DNA of 64,000 bases from IMG/VR virus record IMGVR_UViG_3300049855_000348, positions 156,490 through 220,489 of that record; one strand, written 5' to 3'. The number at the start of each line of letters is the position of its first letter. Position 1 is the stretch's first letter. Of this stretch, positions 59,531 to 64,000 are shown one piece after another. Below the pieces are notes generated by a model, which was not told where the DNA came from, made no database searches, and saw nothing but the letters and a program-made list of their open reading frames with translations. Both the position numbers and the translations under genes were made by a program.

Positions 59531-60949
59531 ATGCTCCTGATCGACATCGCTGACAGCACTCTTCCAAGTCACCTCCTGTTGGCACAGGCAGTTATGGAAG
59601 CCGTTGGCAAGGCAAAAGAGATGCCGATGGGCTGGAAGCATGTCTCCAAGTACCTGACCGAAGAAGAGAAAGGGAAGATGCGGAAGGACACCGCACAGAA
59701 GTTGATCAACATCTTCCGTTCCCTGCCCAACGAGAAGGAGTTCGAGGCATCAGCCCGTGCCGGCCAAGCCAAGAAGGGCTGGTACGCAGCCTCCGCCCAG
59801 GCTCTGATGGAAGTCTTCGGACCTGACACCCCTCGCTTTGCCGCCTTGCTGGCCAGCCTCTCCCCTCAGGTGTCGGTGCAGGAGAACCTGCGCAATGCCA
59901 TCCGTTTCTGGGAGAAGTGGATCGAAGCTGGTCGCCCAACCCATGGCAAGGAACTCGACGCTGTTGGCCATGCAGCAGTCGGCCAGCCACGCTGGGAGAA
60001 GATGAACTGGAAGCAGAACGTTCAGCGTTCGATGTTGCACGAAAGCCCCGAGAAGGTTGTCCTGTCTTCGGGTGGCATGGCTGGCAAGGTCGACAGCTTC
60101 CGTGCCAATCTCCTGGGAGATCTCAGCCGCGTCACCAACGACGCCTGGATGGCCCACTTCGCCAACATCGATCAGGCTCTCTTCTCCAGCCCCGCTGGCT
60201 ACCTCGCCATGACTGCCCGCGTCCGCAAGGTCGCTGCCAAGATGGGCTGGTCACCGGCTGAGGTGCAGGAGACCGTGTGGAGCTTCTTCAAGGCTCTGCA
60301 CGAGAAACAGAATCAACAACATCAGGGTCGCAAAACGCTGGAGAAGCTGGGTCATGACGACGTGAACTCGTCTGAAGATTTCGCTGATCTGCTGGTCCGC
60401 GACGAAGAGGTGAAAAATGCACTCAAAAGACTCCGGGATCGAGGGCTCGTTGGAGAACCTACTCCGCGCTCTAGAGACGGAGGGCAAGATCCAGGATCAA
60501 GCCCACAATCCGCAGCAGCGCAAAGAGGTCTTGCTGGCAGTCTTGGGCGGGTCGCCGACCGAGCAGAAGCCCTCAAGCACCGACAAGACCTCCAAGAACT
60601 CGCCACCCGTGGCTACCACTTCCCCAACGCCACCAACATCAAGTACGGGCACCACCACGTTACCTTCACGCTAGTCGATCCACGTGAGATCGCCGAGTGG
60701 AAGGAAAAGATGCGCAAGCCGGAGGACACCTACTCGCTGATCCTTGGTCGCAAGGATGGCAAGTGGGATCGTTTGTCTGGTGTCACGCATGGCATGCCGA
60801 CGGTGACCGACAACGGTACCGATGTCACCATCACCCTGCCATTCGCTGAACGTGAGAAGATCAAGCCAGCAGCGATTGATGCCGAGCGTTGGCGCTACGT
60901 TGATGCGAAGAAAATGGAACGTGCCAAGAAGTTGAACAAGGCAGTTTAG
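59531..60949 (+). CDS. Putative DNA-glycosylase-fold (DUF7178-like) protein, late-expressed
   Basis: GWY...AALLASLSPQ.SV..N...KVDSFRANL.GD..RVTNDAWM...Y...PAEVQETVW; family assignment from memory. Confidence 0.55.
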   Translation: MLLIDIADSTLPSHLLLAQAVMEAVGKAKEMPMGWKHVSKYLTEEEKGKMRKDTAQKLINIFRSLPNEKEFEASARAGQAKKGWYAASAQALMEVFGPDTPRFAALLASLSPQVSVQENLRNAIRFWEKWIEAGRPTHGKELDAVGHAAVGQPRWEKMNWKQNVQRSMLHESPEKVVLSSGGMAGKVDSFRANLLGDLSRVTNDAWMAHFANIDQALFSSPAGYLAMTARVRKVAAKMGWSPAEVQETVWSFFKALHEKQNQQHQGRKTLEKLGHDDVNSSEDFADLLVRDEEVKNALKRLRDRGLVGEPTPRSRDGGQDPGSSPQSAAAQRGLAGSLGRVADRAEALKHRQDLQELATRGYHFPNATNIKYGHHHVTFTLVDPREIAEWKEKMRKPEDTYSLILGRKDGKWDRLSGVTHGMPTVTDNGTDVTITLPFAEREKIKPAAIDAERWRYVDAKKMERAKKLNKAV

Positions 60950-60951
60950 TG

Positions 60952-60979
60952 TTGACTTAGACCAAATGGTCGCTATAAT
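60952..60979 (+). promoter_or_regulatory. Early promoter with operator
   Basis: TTGACT-TAGACCAAATGGTCGC-TATAAT-6 nt-ATG. Confidence 0.88.
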
Positions 60980-60985
60980 GTGGGC

Positions 60986-61189
60986 ATGAGCAACAGCACC
61001 ACCCCCGCCACTAAGACCTACCTCGTCCGCTTCGGCGGCGGTGGTTACAACACGGTCAATGCTACCAGCAAGCGTGAGGCTGAGAAGAAAGCAAAGGACA
61101 AATTCAACTTTGCCATTTCTTCAGTAGCTTTGCCCAAGAAGGGTGAGATCGAAGCTCTCGACGAGTTCTGGGCCAGCCAGTTCCGCTAA
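60986..61189 (+). CDS. Hypothetical early protein (leaderless)
   Basis: MSNSTTPATK...V.A.S..EA..KA. Confidence 0.7.
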   Translation: MSNSTTPATKTYLVRFGGGGYNTVNATSKREAEKKAKDKFNFAISSVALPKKGEIEALDEFWASQFR

Positions 61190-61767
61190 GCCACCAGGAC
61201 CTTCCCGGTCAGTGAGTCGAGCAGTTCGTCGGCAGCCTTCTTGAACTGACCAGGGAACTGGGCCAGGACCTCCTTCGTCCCCTCGGCATGGCCGGGCTGG
61301 GCGTAGGCGGTCCACTTCCGTTTGCCGTCATCGACCTTGATTGCCCCATTGGAGGCGTTCAGAGCCACGTTGCCGGTGAGAAGGTACTCGGCGAGCAGAT
61401 CCTCGGTAATATGGTCAGGATGGGCGTGGAAACGGCCTGTGTGGGCACTGGCTACGTGGTGGTGTTCACGGCTACCAAGGCCATGCAGCGTCGACAGGCG
61501 ATTCAAAGCCTTCCAGACCACCGTATCGACGACACGCCACTCCAGAGACTTGCTCGACTCGGCGATGCCGGCCATGCGGTGAGCCACGTGGCCTGACTTC
61601 AGTTCGGTTTCATCTGGTACGGTGACGATGATCGAGATGACACCAGGGGTCGGCATTGCGGTGTCGACCTGCTTCTCGAAGACCCCATGCTCCAGTTTGT
61701 CCTCGGTGCGATAGGTCCGAAAGTCACGGGTTACCTCGGACCAAGGCTTGAGGATGGGCGTCAGCAT
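61186..61767 (-). CDS. Hypothetical protein (late operon)
   Basis: Coupled to the upstream gene. Confidence 0.7.
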   Translation of the reverse strand: MLTPILKPWSEVTRDFRTYRTEDKLEHGVFEKQVDTAMPTPGVISIIVTVPDETELKSGHVAHRMAGIAESSKSLEWRVVDTVVWKALNRLSTLHGLGSREHHHVASAHTGRFHAHPDHITEDLLAEYLLTGNVALNASNGAIKVDDGKRKWTAYAQPGHAEGTKEVLAQFPGQFKKAADELLDSLTGKVLVA

Positions 61768-62390
61768 CAGAAGAGGATGAGGTGCGTGATCGCCAGAGCC
61801 CAGCCGGGCTGCTTTTCAATCGGGTAGGTCCAGCGGTGGGCGAACTTCGCACCGTTGGTGAGGATCACCTCGACGGTGTCGAACGTGGCACCGACCGAGG
61901 TCAGGGCATCGAGTTCGACTTCGAGTTCGACAGCGTACTCATCCGCGTTGAACGGATAGGTGACGCCAAGGGAAATGGCCTTCTGAGTCAGTGCCAGACC
62001 GACACCGTTCCACTCCAGACCATCGGCGAGCAAACCGCTCACGTCGGCTTGGGTGTGGAAGTAATTCTCGGTCAGGATCGTGTCGTACTGCGGCAGCGGG
62101 GTGACTTGGGTGACCGGTGCTTCGAGGGGACGGTTGTTGACGTTGTCCCAATGGTTGGCCAGGGCATTGGAGTAGCCGCAACGATACTTCTTCACCTGGA
62201 AGCCGAGACCGATCGAGCCCGGCGTGTTGGAGAACGCAGCCGCAGCCGAACGACGAGCGTCGTTGACGACCGTGTTCTTCTCGAACAGGGAATCGTAGGT
62301 GGTCTTGCCAGTGAGGGCATCCCAGCAACGCATGCGAACGTAGCCCTGGGCAATCTCACCTTTACGGGCGAAAGTATCGTGTGATCTCAT
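61767..62390 (-). CDS. Putative baseplate/tail-collar protein
   Basis: G.V....D......E.NTVVN.AR...FAHR...PIEK..W.L pattern of myovirus baseplate/fibre adaptors. Confidence 0.55.
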   Translation of the reverse strand: MRSHDTFARKGEIAQGYVRMRCWDALTGKTTYDSLFEKNTVVNDARRSAAAAFSNTPGSIGLGFQVKKYRCGYSNALANHWDNVNNRPLEAPVTQVTPLPQYDTILTENYFHTQADVSGLLADGLEWNGVGLALTQKAISLGVTYPFNADEYAVELEVELDALTSVGATFDTVEVILTNGAKFAHRWTYPIEKQPGWALAITHLILF

Positions 62391-63247
62391 GAGGGCTTCC
62401 GGATGCGAAGGATGTAATTGCCGAGGGAGGAGAACGGGGTCAGATCGAGACCGCTGGTGGCGATACGATAGACGACAACCTGCGGCACACCAGAGAGCAT
62501 GAAGAACGTCGCCTTGTAGGCGGTGGTCGGCAGTTCAACACCATTCTCCAGCAGCGAGATCTCGCCACCGGATTCCTGGAAGTCTGACCAGTCATACTGA
62601 GTGGTCAGTGGGAACACCTGATGGTCGATGTCGTTCAGAGCACCGAAGGAGAAATTGATCCGGATGTTGAGCGGATCCTGTTCGAGGTTGACCGCACGCA
62701 GTGTGGAGGCGGCATAGCCGGTCTCATTCTGCATCGGGCCGGTGTAATAAACATTTTCGTTACCAACCAAAGTCTCCCAGGTCTTGCCGAGGAGAACTCC
62801 GTCGTTGGCGACGATGACCGGATCATTGATGAGAGGGTCATTCCAGAACGTGGCGGCGAACTGGCTGGGCACCTTGGTGTTCAGGAAATACAGGCGCTGA
62901 ACCGGGCCGGCGACCTGAGTCCAGTCGTGGTTGCCGCTCGGGATGAGGACGCTGTTCTGCACACGGACATCGATGTTGATGGCTGCACCGTTGGTGCCGA
63001 TGGCGCGGATGCTGGCGAAGACGGTCAGGTCGGGACCTGCGGCGACACCCTTGTAGGCTTTCGAGCCACGTTCCTTGATGACCTTGAGCAACTTGTTGGT
63101 CGAGTCATACCAGGGCATGCCGGCGACGGCGTAGCCCGGCAGGGAGGCTCCGGCTTGGCTGCTCAGCAGGGAGTTGAAGTTGTCCCGGACAAGCTGGGAA
63201 ACCGCCAAAGAGTTGAATGCCGGTTGTGTCGGGGTGAAGGACTGCAT
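62387..63247 (-). CDS. Putative tail fibre/structural protein
   Basis: NFNSLLS..AG...P....G.PWYDST..LLKV motif; TAGATA 5 nt upstream. Confidence 0.65.
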   Translation of the reverse strand: MQSFTPTQPAFNSLAVSQLVRDNFNSLLSSQAGASLPGYAVAGMPWYDSTNKLLKVIKERGSKAYKGVAAGPDLTVFASIRAIGTNGAAINIDVRVQNSVLIPSGNHDWTQVAGPVQRLYFLNTKVPSQFAATFWNDPLINDPVIVANDGVLLGKTWETLVGNENVYYTGPMQNETGYAASTLRAVNLEQDPLNIRINFSFGALNDIDHQVFPLTTQYDWSDFQESGGEISLLENGVELPTTAYKATFFMLSGVPQVVVYRIATSGLDLTPFSSLGNYILRIRKPS

Positions 63248-63279
63248 GGGCTTATCTAGCGGGTCCGACGCTTCTTAGG

Positions 63280-63687
63280 TCAGTAGAACAGGACGCGCAT
63301 CGAGCCATCAGGTTCCAGTACGGTGGAGATGCCTCGGAATACGAACATTTCACGCTGGGTCAGGGCGACCAATTCAGCCCATGCCTCGTTGGTGTTTGGG
63401 ATGTTCATCACCTTGCCAGCGACCGACTTGGGTGTGGTCACCGAGACCTTCTCACCCATCAGAAAACCAGCGATCTCGTTGATGCCCTTGCTGTCCTTCA
63501 GCAGGGCGTTCTGGATCTCCATGGCGCACTTGCAGTTGGGGTTGTCCTGGTAGCTGTTGATGTTCGCTTCCTGATTGGGGAAGCGTTCGAGGAACCTCCG
63601 GCGACGGGCGACCTCTTCAGGTGTTGGTGCGGCAGCATTCTGATACCGCAGAGCCTGGGTCAGTTGTTGAACGGTAAGTGCTAGCAT
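63280..63687 (-). CDS. Hypothetical protein
   Basis: 135-aa ORF; NPNCKC. Confidence 0.7.
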   Translation of the reverse strand: MLALTVQQLTQALRYQNAAAPTPEEVARRRRFLERFPNQEANINSYQDNPNCKCAMEIQNALLKDSKGINEIAGFLMGEKVSVTTPKSVAGKVMNIPNTNEAWAELVALTQREMFVFRGISTVLEPDGSMRVLFY

Positions 63688-63758
63688 GGTGACCTATAGA
63701 TGGAGCGAAACGTCTTCAGAGACGGTCGAAATCTAACTTCTAGACGCTACATAACCAA

Positions 63759-64000
63759 GTGAGACCAGATCCTTTCATCGATATCGTATGTGGATTTTCT
63801 AAAATCCAGTTGTGTCTCGGTTCTTCGGGTCCGTCATCATCCAGTCTTTTTTCTTCAAGCTCTTCTTCGTCCTCAAGCTCAAGCTCGTCAAGCTCAAGCT
63901 CGTCAAGCTCAAGCTCGTCAAGCTCAAGCTCGTCAAGCTCAAGCTCGTCAAGCTCAAGCTCGTCAAGCTCAAGCTCGTCAAGCTCAAGCTCGTCAAGCTC
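63759..64000 (+). CDS. Cys-motif + poly-Ser protein (5' part; runs off the window)
   Basis: TACATA-5 nt-GTG; MRPDPFIDIVCGFSKIQLCLGSSGPSSSSLFSSSSS... Confidence 0.65.
   Translation, partial: MRPDPFIDIVCGFSKIQLCLGSSGPSSSSLFSSSSSSSSSSSSSSSSSSSSSSSSSSSSSSSSSSSSSSSSSSSSSSSSS
63872..64000 (+). repeat. 15-bp tandem repeat (TCAAGCTCAAGCTCG)n, more than 8 units, encoding poly-Ser
   Basis: Read directly from the sequence. Confidence 0.95.

Noticed and set aside
5082-60979. Repeated palindromes as integron attC sites or dispersed CRISPR repeats
   Set aside because: They lack attC R/L box architecture and length, no integrase or cas gene was seen, and they fit -35/-10 promoters with start codons at +1
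63740-64000. Minus-strand readings of the repeat, (SLSLT)n and (DELEL)n
   Set aside because: The + strand poly-Ser frame has a late hexamer, a start codon and a paralogue at 44755; the minus frames are most likely shadows
63872-64000. CRISPR array
   Set aside because: Contiguous 15-bp units with no spacers
1-64000. Stop-codon reassignment (alternative genetic code)
   Set aside because: Core genes are full length in code 11, and TAA, TAG and TGA all terminate genes with tight packing

Overview
A 64-kb segment of a large, GC-rich, T4-related (jumbo-type) dsDNA phage genome. It carries a divergently arranged replication and recombination core: UvsW helicase, RuvC-like resolvase, a single-chain Mre11-Rad50 (gp47-gp46) fusion, RNase H/5'-exonuclease, gp41 helicase, gp55-like late sigma, primase, UvsY, gp32 SSB and UvsX. 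It also has nucleotide metabolism genes (two nucleotide kinases, ThyX, dCTP deaminase), an N6-adenine methyltransferase, a GH24 lysozyme, probable virion proteins and many small hypothetical ORFs. The strongest unannotated signal is a two-tier, largely leaderless transcription system. (i) About 14 copies of a 28-bp early element, TTGACW-16 bp-TATACT/TATAAT, whose spacer is a GAC-N6-GTC palindromic operator and which often puts the ATG exactly at the predicted +1. (ii) About 8 copies of a TA-N-M-TA late hexamer 4-5 nt before start codons of structural-type genes, one of them serving two divergent genes. Other signals are a perfect parS palindrome, a putative origin with opposed GCGC-GAA-GCGC mini-hairpins, two candidate structured RNAs, a two-member Cys-motif + poly-Ser protein family missed by the ORF track, and mirror-image ART-like paralogues flanking the lysozyme. 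All family calls come from motif recognition by eye; no searches were run. No tRNA, rRNA, CRISPR array or integrase was recognised.
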